A stretch of DNA of 63,751 nucleotides, counting the filler, from Lama guanicoe (Eukaryota): NCBI GenBank assembly GCA_013239625.1. It is 167 parts of 167 records of this genome, joined end to end, with 100 filler letters (N's around TTAATTAATTAA, not from the genome) between each part and the next. Parts side by side here need not be neighbours in the genome. Positions count along the whole stretch, not along the records: positions 38,961 to 39,243 come from PNXV01052838.1; positions 39,344 to 39,626 come from PNXV01052839.1; positions 39,727 to 40,009 come from PNXV01052840.1; positions 40,110 to 40,392 come from PNXV01052841.1; positions 40,493 to 40,775 come from PNXV01052842.1; positions 40,876 to 41,158 come from PNXV01052843.1; positions 41,259 to 41,541 come from PNXV01052844.1; positions 41,642 to 41,924 come from PNXV01052845.1; 159 more parts are not named here. One strand, 5' to 3'. The position numbers and the translations under genes were made by a program. Below, piece after piece: positions 38,975 through 51,400 of the stretch. The notes under the pieces were generated by a model. That model did not search any database. It was not told the DNA's origin and saw only the letters and a program-made list of their open reading frames with translations. The number at the start of each line of letters is the position of its first letter. Position 1 is the stretch's first letter.

Positions 38975-39243
38975 TTATTTTTTATTTTTTATTGTGTTAA
39001 AAAATACATACCATAAAATTTACCATCTTAACCACTTCTAAGTGTGCAGTTCAGTAATGTTAAGTATATTCATGCTGCTGTGCAGTGGATCTCCAGAACT
39101 ACTTCATTTGCTAAACTGAAACTCTATACACATTAAACTGCCCCTCCCCTCCTCCAGCCTCTGGCAACCACCATTCTTCTTTCTGTTTCTAAGAATTTGA
39201 CTGCTTCGGATACCTCATATACCGCTGTTATCATATACTATTT
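38975..39243 (-). mobile_element. L1MB-type 3' end
   Basis: ataaaatttaccatcttaaccacttctaagtgtgcagttcagt...cagcctctggcaaccaccattct. Confidence 0.88.
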
Positions 39244-40492
39244 NNNNNNNNNNNNNNNNNNNNNNNNNNNNNNNNNNNNNNNNNNNNTTAATTAATTAAN
39301 NNNNNNNNNNNNNNNNNNNNNNNNNNNNNNNNNNNNNNNNNNNGATGGTGCCTACCCACAGCTGGTTTTTAAATTAAAATATCCTTAACTGTAGTTATTT
39401 CTAAACACAGGCTTATAAAGGATGTTTATTTTCCTTTGTGCTCTGTTGAATTGTCTTTAAGTTCTACAATACATATAAAAACATTTTTCCTTCTTTGATC
39501 AAAACCTATACACACAAACACTTCTCTAAAAGGAAGACGGCCTAGATACAACACCTCCTCAACACTCACAGCTTTGACAACTGCCGTTTTCACTATCCAA
39601 AAAGTCTGAATGGCCCTGAAATGCATNNNNNNNNNNNNNNNNNNNNNNNNNNNNNNNNNNNNNNNNNNNNTTAATTAATTAANNNNNNNNNNNNNNNNNN
39701 NNNNNNNNNNNNNNNNNNNNNNNNNNTGCTGGCCAGAACCTTGGGAGCAAGGTCTCCCCACCAGGACCAACTCCGCCCTGCGGGCCGCAGAGCCAGGTTC
39801 CTGCGCGGGAGAGCCGTCCCCCCCACCAGCCCCCGTGCCTGCTCTTCCTCCACTGTCCCTCTGGGGATGCCTGGCCAGCTCCCAGGTCTCCGCCTACAGC
39901 AGGGTATGATGGAGAAGAATAAAATATTCATGCTAGGCCAAGCCTAAAATAGGGCAGGAAGGGAGAGTGACTTTTGTTCAGCACAAACGTGGTGACACAA
40001 AACCACGAGNNNNNNNNNNNNNNNNNNNNNNNNNNNNNNNNNNNNNNNNNNNNTTAATTAATTAANNNNNNNNNNNNNNNNNNNNNNNNNNNNNNNNNNN
40101 NNNNNNNNNTATAGTTCTCTGTGCTACACAGTAGGACCTTGTTATGCATCTGTTTTATGTATACTAGTTAGTATGTCTGCTAATCCTGAGCTCTCAGTTT
40201 ACCCCCCCACCCCATTTCCCACCACGTAACCATAACTTTTTTTCTATGTCTGTGAGTCTGGAAATAAGGTTGTGTCCAAAACCATCTATTGAGATCATTG
40301 TAAACCCAAGCAGGAGCCCTGAGTCTCTCCTAAGTTATTTCCGGGCATCCAAGGAGGCCTCAAGTTTTGCAAAGGCAACAAGACCGAAACACNNNNNNNN
40401 NNNNNNNNNNNNNNNNNNNNNNNNNNNNNNNNNNNNTTAATTAATTAANNNNNNNNNNNNNNNNNNNNNNNNNNNNNNNNNNNNNNNNNNNN

Positions 40493-40775
40493 GGGAGGGG
40501 TCTGCGGGGTCCGCGCAGACGCCCACCGCCCACGCCGCCCCGCCCAGCCGCACCTCCCAGTACCGCCGGCCGCGCGCGAAGCCCTGGGCGCCCAGCACCG
40601 CCGGCTCCGCGCTGAGCCTCCGCGCGCCGCGGGGCGCCCTCCGCTTCCTCCCCAGGAACGTCGCGGACTTCCTGTCCTCCGACACCAGCAGGCTGGGGTG
40701 CGCCGTCTCGGGGTCCAGGCTCACGTCCTCCCGGAACGTCTGGATGATTTTGCGCAGAGCCGAGTGCTGCGGGGG
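40493..40775 (-). CDS. TRIM PRY/SPRY (B30.2) segment, TRIM75/TRIM60-like, intronless and very GC-rich
   Basis: Open frame PQHSALRKIIQTFREDVSLDPETAHPSLLVSEDRKSA...PAVLGAQGFARGRRYWEVRLGGAAWAVGVC with LDPxTAHPxLxVSED and YWEV motifs. Confidence 0.88.
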
Positions 40776-42049
40776 NNNNNNNNNNNNNNNNNNNNNNNNN
40801 NNNNNNNNNNNNNNNNNNNTTAATTAATTAANNNNNNNNNNNNNNNNNNNNNNNNNNNNNNNNNNNNNNNNNNNNAAGAGGCATGAAGTTCTATGTGATG
40901 TCAAAATGCAGAATACAGCCATAGTAATTAAGATGGCGTAGAATTGACAAGATACAGATACACACAGAATAGAGAGCCCAGAAACCAACATACACTTATG
41001 TAGACACTTGATACATGACCAAGTCCATGCTGCAGATAACTGGATAAAGGATAGAGTATTAATAAATAAATCGTGTTGGGATATTTGATTACCATAGGAT
41101 AAGATAAATGCCCTAGTGCAATATTTGTGAGCCACTGTTTTTTCAAGTGACTATTATTNNNNNNNNNNNNNNNNNNNNNNNNNNNNNNNNNNNNNNNNNN
41201 NNTTAATTAATTAANNNNNNNNNNNNNNNNNNNNNNNNNNNNNNNNNNNNNNNNNNNNTTCACAAATTCTTGCCTTTATTGCCTTTCCAATGATGGTTTT
41301 CTCATTTGTAGATTATCCTGCTTCTTTTCTCATCAGGGTCTAAGATTCTCAATCTTTCTTGCGTGGTAAGTTTCTTATTGCAAGATTTTTTCTTTGTTTG
41401 TGTGTCTGTGAAACTTTAGATCTCTCCGGTTATTCTAACTTATTATCTTGTGGCATAGATTATGCTAGATTGCACGTTCTTCTCATTCATGTATTTGTCT
41501 CTCTCTGTGAACTCCCTTTTTGGCCTGCAAGGTTTGTGTTGNNNNNNNNNNNNNNNNNNNNNNNNNNNNNNNNNNNNNNNNNNNNTTAATTAATTAANNN
41601 NNNNNNNNNNNNNNNNNNNNNNNNNNNNNNNNNNNNNNNNNATTTGCTCAGCACAGTTCTAGGTCAGCTTTGGGCACCTGATAATCATGAAGTCTGATCT
41701 GATTTTCCCAGCTTGTGACTCTTTGTGTCCAGCAGGTGGGGCCAAATGACCAGTCAGCTCAGATGCACAGGCTCATCTTTGGGAACAGGTGCGATGTATT
41801 TATGTATGGCCAGCATCTTAAACAAAGCACTCATGTTGTCTGTCTGTGACTCTTTTTCTCCAGTTTACTGAGACATGTGGATCAAAATGAGAAGTTCACA
41901 GGAAAATGGTTGTCTCTCCTGGAANNNNNNNNNNNNNNNNNNNNNNNNNNNNNNNNNNNNNNNNNNNNTTAATTAATTAANNNNNNNNNNNNNNNNNNNN
42001 NNNNNNNNNNNNNNNNNNNNNNNNTTTGGGTGGGGCCCAGTCTTGTTGC

Positions 42050-42307
42050 TAATGACCCAAGATGTCAGCCACCAGGAGAGCTCATGCAGATGAATGCCCC
42101 CCATATGCCCACCGCTACTGTCTGTGTCCCCAGGGTGAGACATGGCCGCTTCCCCACCACCTCCCCAGGAGACCCACCAAGACCAGCTGGTCCAGGCTCT
42201 ACTTTTGCCCTTTGTCCCCGTGCACATTAGATTTTTTCTTGCACCCTTTAAGATTGATGTCTCTATTTCCCCCAGTCCTGTGGAGCTCCTGCAATCAAGC
42301 CCTCTGG
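42050..42307 (-). mobile_element. L1 5' region fragment
   Basis: gtctctatttcccccagtcctgtggagctcctgcaatcaagccc resembles the laurasiatherian L1 5' region in antisense. Confidence 0.65.
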
Positions 42308-43556
42308 NNNNNNNNNNNNNNNNNNNNNNNNNNNNNNNNNNNNNNNNNNNNTTAATTAATTAANNNNNNNNNNNNNNNNNNNNNNNNNNNNNNNNNNNNN
42401 NNNNNNNTTCTGCTGATCAATCTGATTCTACTCCTCTTCTTTTTAATTTATTCTCTGTTCAGCAGAGCATATTTAAAGCACAAATCAAAACATACCGTTC
42501 CTGCTATCACAATTAGAGAAAAACTAAACTCTTCACTGTGCCTAGACATCTCTGCAGGAGCTGCACCCACCAGCTCTCCAAGCTTCATCTTATATGACTC
42601 TTCTCTGTGTTCGTAGTACTATGTTCACTCTGACCTTTCTCGATCTCAGACATCCTAAAATTTGTCATCACTTAGTTTTGATTTCTTATGNNNNNNNNNN
42701 NNNNNNNNNNNNNNNNNNNNNNNNNNNNNNNNNNTTAATTAATTAANNNNNNNNNNNNNNNNNNNNNNNNNNNNNNNNNNNNNNNNNNNNGCCACATCAG
42801 GAGTTGGCCTTGACCCCTTCAGCCTTGCCCCTTCCGAGCAGAGGTTTTTCCCCAAACCCAAACCCAGTCACGTCACTTCCCTGAACAATACCTTTCAGCA
42901 GCTTTTGGTTGACCTTAGAATCAGGGCTACATGGTAACTCTGTTCACATGGACCACGGACTCTTCCTCCCACCTTCTCTTAGTCCTCAAAGATCAGCCCC
43001 CCATCACGGCCCGTGCCCCAGATGCTGGGTGCCTCTGACTTGCCTCTGGGCTGCTCTTTCTGCCTGGAACACANNNNNNNNNNNNNNNNNNNNNNNNNNN
43101 NNNNNNNNNNNNNNNNNTTAATTAATTAANNNNNNNNNNNNNNNNNNNNNNNNNNNNNNNNNNNNNNNNNNNNATAATTAGGAAAACATTAAAATATTTT
43201 CAGTTTCAGTTACAATAACTTTATACTCAAAGGGAAATAATGGTAATAGGGAGAAGATGGGAACATCCCCTAATTATAATACATTAATTATGGACTGACT
43301 TTGGTGTTTCTGGGGAAAAAAATACAGTAACATTTCAAAAAGGTAAGGCAGCTGCCTGACTGGAGACAGCTTTAGCTATTTGGAACAAAAATAAACTGAT
43401 AGAGTAGCTATTTGTCAAATAAGCCTTGAACTTCCCCCACTCTGCTCTTTGCTCACNNNNNNNNNNNNNNNNNNNNNNNNNNNNNNNNNNNNNNNNNNNN
43501 TTAATTAATTAANNNNNNNNNNNNNNNNNNNNNNNNNNNNNNNNNNNNNNNNNNNN

Positions 43557-43800
43557 TCTCTGAGCCTCAGTTTCTCCATCTGTGAAAGGGGGATCCTGAT
43601 TGCCATCTTTAAGGGGTAACGAGGGTCACATTAGGACTTTGCTTTGCACATCAGAATCACCCGGGTGGTGTTTAAAAAACTATACCCGGGCTTCAGTCCA
43701 GACCAACTGGATCAGAATCTCCAGAGGGTCGTTCCCAGCAGGCAGGATGCTTGACTAGCCCCTGGGTGGTTCTGTGCTGCAGGCAGAGGGGAGAGCCCCT
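43557..43800. mobile_element. MIR fragment followed by MER5A-like element
   Basis: tctctgagcctcagtttctccatctgtgaaa (MIR) then tgcacatcagaatcacc...ggatcagaatctccag (MER5A). Confidence 0.75.
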
Positions 43801-45859
43801 GTAAGAGGTGATCCCACCACAGCCATGGGAACACCTCCANNNNNNNNNNNNNNNNNNNNNNNNNNNNNNNNNNNNNNNNNNNNTTAATTAATTAANNNNN
43901 NNNNNNNNNNNNNNNNNNNNNNNNNNNNNNNNNNNNNNNGATCCCTACAAGTCAGAATGCACAGGGAAAGAAGTTTCCCGAGAAGAGTGGAAAATGGAAA
44001 TACTCCATGTTGTAGGAGAGTATGATGATGAGGGACTGTCCTTCGTTGTTAAGTGTAACTTTTCTATATAAGTAGAAACCACAAGAGGAAGAAGTCAGGC
44101 TGGAAATTTGGGCAACATCTCTGGCTTTTCCCTCTCCCCTCATTCATCACATATAAACACACCCTCGGGAGCTGGCCACTTGAACATAAAAAGGCTGAAT
44201 AGCCACCTCACTCCTAACACCANNNNNNNNNNNNNNNNNNNNNNNNNNNNNNNNNNNNNNNNNNNNTTAATTAATTAANNNNNNNNNNNNNNNNNNNNNN
44301 NNNNNNNNNNNNNNNNNNNNNNGGCAACTACAAATAAATTAATGGGACCTCTTTCTAAAGTGATAGAAATAATATAAATCTATCTGTTATCTTATTTTCA
44401 AAATTTTAAGAAATTTTGGCCACATCAAAACCCACAGAAGTAACCCTCTATAAATTATGTCCACCAATACAAATACTATGTTAGCCAAGGACCTTTCTTT
44501 GGAGAATTGCATACTTCTGAAACCAATCACTATGTGAATTTCTATGATAGCAATCAGTTAGTTTTCCAAACCTGGCTTCTCTGAAAATATTTTTGTCATT
44601 TTTTTNNNNNNNNNNNNNNNNNNNNNNNNNNNNNNNNNNNNNNNNNNNNTTAATTAATTAANNNNNNNNNNNNNNNNNNNNNNNNNNNNNNNNNNNNNNN
44701 NNNNNCACTTCTTAATTAAATATTTAGAATTAGAACTTAATTCTGCTGACCCTGAGCTAGTATTTTGCCTGTTATTCCATACTTCTTCCCATGTGAGATG
44801 GTTATATAATGCTTCATGCAAGGAATATTTTTGATCACTTAATTTTTGTTTTAAGTAAAATGCCACACTTGAATAAGGAAATTTAATAACAATCATGAAA
44901 AAAATTTTTACCTCTAAAATAAATACAGCAACATATAGCAGTTATATAGGTTGCATACCAACACAACAAAGACATATAATTCAACTCANNNNNNNNNNNN
45001 NNNNNNNNNNNNNNNNNNNNNNNNNNNNNNNNTTAATTAATTAANNNNNNNNNNNNNNNNNNNNNNNNNNNNNNNNNNNNNNNNNNNNCTGTCACCTCAA
45101 CATGCATTTGCTTATTCTGTATCAGTCAGAATACACATGTCAATTAGATTATTTCCTTGAGGAATATAAACCGAGAAAAAGAACTGGGTGATGTGCCCTG
45201 GATGACAAATTCCAAGGCTGAAGCCAAGACGCTGATGACAAGCCAAAGCCAAATTATGAGGAAGCAGAAGCTGTGAGACACAAATAAGAGAGACAAACTA
45301 GAAGATGATGAAGACAGTCTGCAGTTAGAATTCTCACAGTGGAGCAGACATGCCAGGAGAGACCACGGGGCNNNNNNNNNNNNNNNNNNNNNNNNNNNNN
45401 NNNNNNNNNNNNNNNTTAATTAATTAANNNNNNNNNNNNNNNNNNNNNNNNNNNNNNNNNNNNNNNNNNNNGAACTGTAATAATTCTACATAATAAAACT
45501 GAAAAAGGGAAAAGAACAGTAAAAAATCAAATCAAATAAAATAATTTGATTTATTTTTGACCCATCCCATTTCTAAGTAAAACCACAGCCATGCAGTTTA
45601 TCTTGCAGACTGTGAGTGACGCATTTGTGCTGCCCCTACTTGCTGATTAAGCCTCTCAAAGTTCTGTAAGCCAAACCCCAGCTGTATGTGAGTATATTCA
45701 AGATAACAGTTTAAGATGCGGAATAAATGTCTCTTATAACAGTATAATTTTTTTNNNNNNNNNNNNNNNNNNNNNNNNNNNNNNNNNNNNNNNNNNNNTT
45801 AATTAATTAANNNNNNNNNNNNNNNNNNNNNNNNNNNNNNNNNNNNNNNNNNNNTATAT

Positions 45860-46137
45860 ATATACAAAAGAATTCAAAGCGGGATCTCAGAGAGATATTT
45901 GCACACTTATATTCGTTGGAGCAGTTTTCAAAAATAGCCAGGAGGTGAAAAGCCAAATGCCCATCAATAGGTGAATGGGTCATGTGGACTATACATACAA
46001 TGGACGAATATGTAGCCTTAAAAAGGAAGGAAATCATGTCACATGTTACAACAGGGATGAAACTGTCAGATATTAAGCTAAGTGAAATAAGCCACTTATT
46101 AAGGGACAATTAATGTATGATTCCACTCATATGAAAC
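45860..46137 (+). mobile_element. L1MB-type ORF2 end and 3'UTR
   Basis: aaagcgggatctcagagagatatttgcacac...gccttaaaaaggaagga...ctaagtgaaataagcca. Confidence 0.88.
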
Positions 46138-48152
46138 NNNNNNNNNNNNNNNNNNNNNNNNNNNNNNNNNNNNNNNNNNNNTTAATTAATTAANNNNNNN
46201 NNNNNNNNNNNNNNNNNNNNNNNNNNNNNNNNNNNNNTTCTAAACAAAGAGCAGTTTAATGACTTATCACCCACAAAATTCCCATTATATTTACAAATTT
46301 CTACAAAAGTATGATCCTTACTTTAAAATAGTTTAGCATCAAGTCTTTTTATCGTCCCAAATATTTATCATTTCTTGTTCATTTTATACCTTCAGCCTGA
46401 AGAACTTCTTTCAGTATTTTCTCTAGTGAAAATCTGATAGCACTGACCTCTTTTCACCTTCTTTTATTTGAAATGTTATTGTTTTATATTCATTCTTAAA
46501 GAATTTTTTTTCTGAAAAAANNNNNNNNNNNNNNNNNNNNNNNNNNNNNNNNNNNNNNNNNNNNTTAATTAATTAANNNNNNNNNNNNNNNNNNNNNNNN
46601 NNNNNNNNNNNNNNNNNNNNCCCAGAATGGGGCCAGGAGGCCTTGAAGAAAACAAGAAGGGCACTGAGGGTCACTAATGGTGGTAACAGCCCCAAAATAT
46701 CAAAAAGAGCTTCCCTCTGGGGAGAAGTGCTTACCATTAGTGTAAAGAGCTGTGCATGAGTCTTACAGACAAGGAGGCAGGGAGCAATCAGAGAAAAGAT
46801 GAAGAGAAAGGTTTGAAAGAGCCTTGGGAGAAGGGGATAGAGCTAACAAAATAACATCGTCATCCGTCATGGTCAATGGTGAGGAAGTGACAAAAAGTGG
46901 GACNNNNNNNNNNNNNNNNNNNNNNNNNNNNNNNNNNNNNNNNNNNNTTAATTAATTAANNNNNNNNNNNNNNNNNNNNNNNNNNNNNNNNNNNNNNNNN
47001 NNNCTGTACAGGGAATGACTGCTTAAAAAAGACACAGAGGCATTAAATACAAGGAAACATTGATACATTTGTATAAATTTAAAATTGAGAGTGTCTGTTT
47101 ATCAAAAAATGCCACTAAGAAAATGGAAAGTTCAGTTGCACAGTAGGAGGTACTCTAACAGATGATGAATCCCAACAGCACAATTTTGAGCAAAAGAAGC
47201 CAAACTCAAAGAATATACACAGTATGCTTCCATTTCTGTAAAATTCTGAAACAAGCAAAGCTCACTGTGCTGTTTAGGAATGAATANNNNNNNNNNNNNN
47301 NNNNNNNNNNNNNNNNNNNNNNNNNNNNNNTTAATTAATTAANNNNNNNNNNNNNNNNNNNNNNNNNNNNNNNNNNNNNNNNNNNNTTCATCTTGAGAAA
47401 AATACAAATACATATAAATCCAAGATGCAAGGTAATAAATTACAGCAAAAGAGAAGAAGAGACAAGAATAGTGTGGATGGGAAAACTACAATTTAATAGT
47501 ATGCTCTAATACCTGACACACCAAATTGCAAACACGAAAACAAGAACTAAAATGTCTTCGATTTAATACGAGATGACGAAGTTACAGACAACATCCAGCC
47601 TTACAGAAAACGGCATCTTTAATCTTTAAGCGGAAGTTATAATAGCTCTTGGAAATTCCTTTTTTTTTTNNNNNNNNNNNNNNNNNNNNNNNNNNNNNNN
47701 NNNNNNNNNNNNNTTAATTAATTAANNNNNNNNNNNNNNNNNNNNNNNNNNNNNNNNNNNNNNNNNNNNACAAATGACGTGAATGTTTCACACCCACTGA
47801 CTTGTGTACATGCTCACAATCGCACGGAAGATCGACACTGGGTTCAACAGCGGGTGGACCCTGCCCCCCTGGATGCTGTGACGCCAACTCCAGCCATCTG
47901 TGCTCGGGCTCCCAAGAGCCACGATCAGAGCCTGGGACACGGGCAGCGAGACCGCGCCGTGGGCTGTGCCACCCCCACCGCCCACGCTCACCCACCTATC
48001 CCCCCGCGCGCTCCCCCCAGCCTCCCTGTGGACACAGACCCCACGGGGTAAGNNNNNNNNNNNNNNNNNNNNNNNNNNNNNNNNNNNNNNNNNNNNTTAA
48101 TTAATTAANNNNNNNNNNNNNNNNNNNNNNNNNNNNNNNNNNNNNNNNNNNN

Positions 48153-48435
48153 AAAAAAACACTTACAGTGATTTCTCAGTATGTTTCCTAGTGCCTGTTT
48201 GAATTTCATAAATTTTTCAGTGTAAAACAGAGTTGGAGCTATTACCACCCCATATATATGTATGTAGTGTAGTTCACCAGTGGAAACAAAGTGTGTGTTG
48301 CCAACAAGCTTGACTTTTGATGATTTCTCACACACTCAACTCTCAGAATTGAGCAGGAATAGATGCATTCATTCATCCAGCATAAAGTGAATGGGTAGCA
48401 CTGTAAACAATTACTCTGATTTCTCAGTATGTTTC
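48153..48435 (+). repeat. ~248-bp satellite monomer (family A, diverged)
   Basis: atttctcagtatgtttc recurs at 48171 and 48419; aligns with 5731-6009. Confidence 0.9.
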
Positions 48436-51400
48436 NNNNNNNNNNNNNNNNNNNNNNNNNNNNNNNNNNNNNNNNNNNNTTAATTAATTAANNNNNNNNN
48501 NNNNNNNNNNNNNNNNNNNNNNNNNNNNNNNNNNNTTTTTTTTATTTCAGTTGGAGCCAATATTGACCATTTTTACTAGCAAAACCAAAAACATGGTGTA
48601 AGGAAGGTATCCTCGGAGTTATTGCTATCATTACAAAAAATGAAAACCGCCTCCTTTGGAAGCATTTTTATTAACAAAAACCAGAATGTACTTTTCAAGG
48701 GGAATTTATTGTAATATAAGAAGCAGAAGTCTAGAGGTAGTATATCTGTTTGTCCCCTGTGCCTCAGTAGAACTGTTTAGACCAATCCTTGATGACACCA
48801 CTTTATTTCAGAGATTCCNNNNNNNNNNNNNNNNNNNNNNNNNNNNNNNNNNNNNNNNNNNNTTAATTAATTAANNNNNNNNNNNNNNNNNNNNNNNNNN
48901 NNNNNNNNNNNNNNNNNNTATTTTCCTATTCAATTTTTAAACTTATTTTATTTATTTCCTCCCCAATATTGATGATTTTCTTCCTTTCACTGTCTTTTGG
49001 GGGTTTTTGGTCTTGTTTTTCTACTTCTTTCTGCTGGTGGGTTAGAATGTTTATTTGTGTTTGTTCTTCATTTTAGCACTATAAACTCCCCTCTCAGCAC
49101 TGCTTTTATTGTGTCCATAAATTTTGTGTGGTTTTGCATTCATTTTCTTTTCTCTCAAGGTACTTTTTCATTTCAGCTTTGATTTCTTCTTTGACCCCTT
49201 GNNNNNNNNNNNNNNNNNNNNNNNNNNNNNNNNNNNNNNNNNNNNTTAATTAATTAANNNNNNNNNNNNNNNNNNNNNNNNNNNNNNNNNNNNNNNNNNN
49301 NTGCAGGGTCTTTTACTGGAGGGCTCTGTCATCATTAGCTTCCTTCCAGTTGTGCAAAAGCCAATTACTTGCTTCTTATTATGATCTCTTTCCTCCCATG
49401 GAACCCAGCCCTAGAACAGAAATTTCAGCAGGAAAGAGAATAATGGAAGAGATGTTGGGTTGCATCCTTGGGATCAAGGTGTCAACAGTCATGGCTACGT
49501 CCTTGGAATCAAAGAGCCAGCTGCGGGAGAAACATCTGTTGTTCAACAGTTTGGCACTTTCTTTTGATTGTTGGCAATCAACCANNNNNNNNNNNNNNNN
49601 NNNNNNNNNNNNNNNNNNNNNNNNNNNNTTAATTAATTAANNNNNNNNNNNNNNNNNNNNNNNNNNNNNNNNNNNNNNNNNNNNCTCTTAGTATTTCCGC
49701 AGGACTAGTGATGGTTGCTAAGTGCCACGTCACGTACATACCAGGACAATGGAAGAAGTAGTTGTGCCCTCGGCCTCTGCCGCTCCACTCGGAATATCAA
49801 AACAGACTGTCCTGCTTTGCCACCCAGTTGCTTGGGACCACGGTGTAAGGAATTTAACCTTGTATGGAATCATCGAAATAGAAAATTCAAGATGAGGAAG
49901 AACAGGCTTCCTTCATTCCAGTGACTGGCATAGTTGCTAACCCTTCTCCTTGTAGAAAGCATGAATTNNNNNNNNNNNNNNNNNNNNNNNNNNNNNNNNN
50001 NNNNNNNNNNNTTAATTAATTAANNNNNNNNNNNNNNNNNNNNNNNNNNNNNNNNNNNNNNNNNNNNGCAGGCCCCAGACCCAGGCCCAGGCCCACCTCC
50101 TCTCAGTCTGATTGTAGGCAGAATCCACCAGCAGCTTGGCCTTTGTTATGCAGCTCTGAAGGACTGAGGTGTCCACCGCCCCAGGGAAGGCTGTTCAGGG
50201 GGAAGGGGACTCAGGCTCCAGGGCAGCCACAGGCCCCTCAGACCCAAGTCCTCCCCGCTCCATTGCCCCTCTCCTTGGCCGCCCGAGGGGCTACTACCTG
50301 GGGCTGTGCCCTCACAGGGCTGGGCCAGGATGAGTGTGGCTAGGACCCCCNNNNNNNNNNNNNNNNNNNNNNNNNNNNNNNNNNNNNNNNNNNNTTAATT
50401 AATTAANNNNNNNNNNNNNNNNNNNNNNNNNNNNNNNNNNNNNNNNNNNNCAACCCAACAGGTTTACACCGTGAAGATTACTTCCCGATAGCAAAGCACT
50501 GCTCTTAACTAACAACAATTCTGAACGGTGGCGTGAGGCAATCGATACTTCTACTAGAATCAAACATCCCTCGTGAGCCATGTGACCCTGGACACGGTTC
50601 CCAGGCTCAGTGATCCACCTGAGGCTCGATGACAAAATACAAGACCATGAGATTAACGCTCATCCCACCTGTGGACGCCACGAACAGGCTCAGGATCCAG
50701 CACAGACTCACAAGTCAACTACGTCAGATGCCANNNNNNNNNNNNNNNNNNNNNNNNNNNNNNNNNNNNNNNNNNNNTTAATTAATTAANNNNNNNNNNN
50801 NNNNNNNNNNNNNNNNNNNNNNNNNNNNNNNNNAGGTTTTATTTATTTGTGTCCTCTCTAATAATAATAATTATAATAATAAAAGGTTAGCTTATCAATC
50901 TTACAATACAGTTTTAAGAGTTCATGAAGTAGTGACTGGGAAAGCAATTTGTAAACTCTGAAGTTTTTTACAAGTTTCTTAGGAATAAATTTATTATTTT
51001 GAAATTAAAACAAATTCCTAAAGTATTTGATACTTACATGTAAAATATAATAGGCCTCCATAAATGTAAATTTATTTTAAACAGTCTGCAACATGGGTTA
51101 AATTTTCTTAAGTGTGNNNNNNNNNNNNNNNNNNNNNNNNNNNNNNNNNNNNNNNNNNNNTTAATTAATTAANNNNNNNNNNNNNNNNNNNNNNNNNNNN
51201 NNNNNNNNNNNNNNNNCCCAGAGAGCTGGGATGCCTGGGAGGTCACACCTCCTTCCCCCTTAGGCAATAGCTGATTGGGTGTAGGAGAGCCCAGCAATGT
51301 GGCCTGAGTGGACAAATGGACAAACAGAGGTGTGACTGCTGCTCTAGGGGCGCGCAGGCCAGCTGCTCTGTGGTCCTCTTCCCCTACTTCCGCCGGTTGG

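Noticed and set aside
45521..45558. AT-rich inverted repeat aaaaatcaaatcaaat...atttgatttattttt
   Set aside because: Low-complexity sequence next to an A-rich retroelement-like tail; no evidence of function
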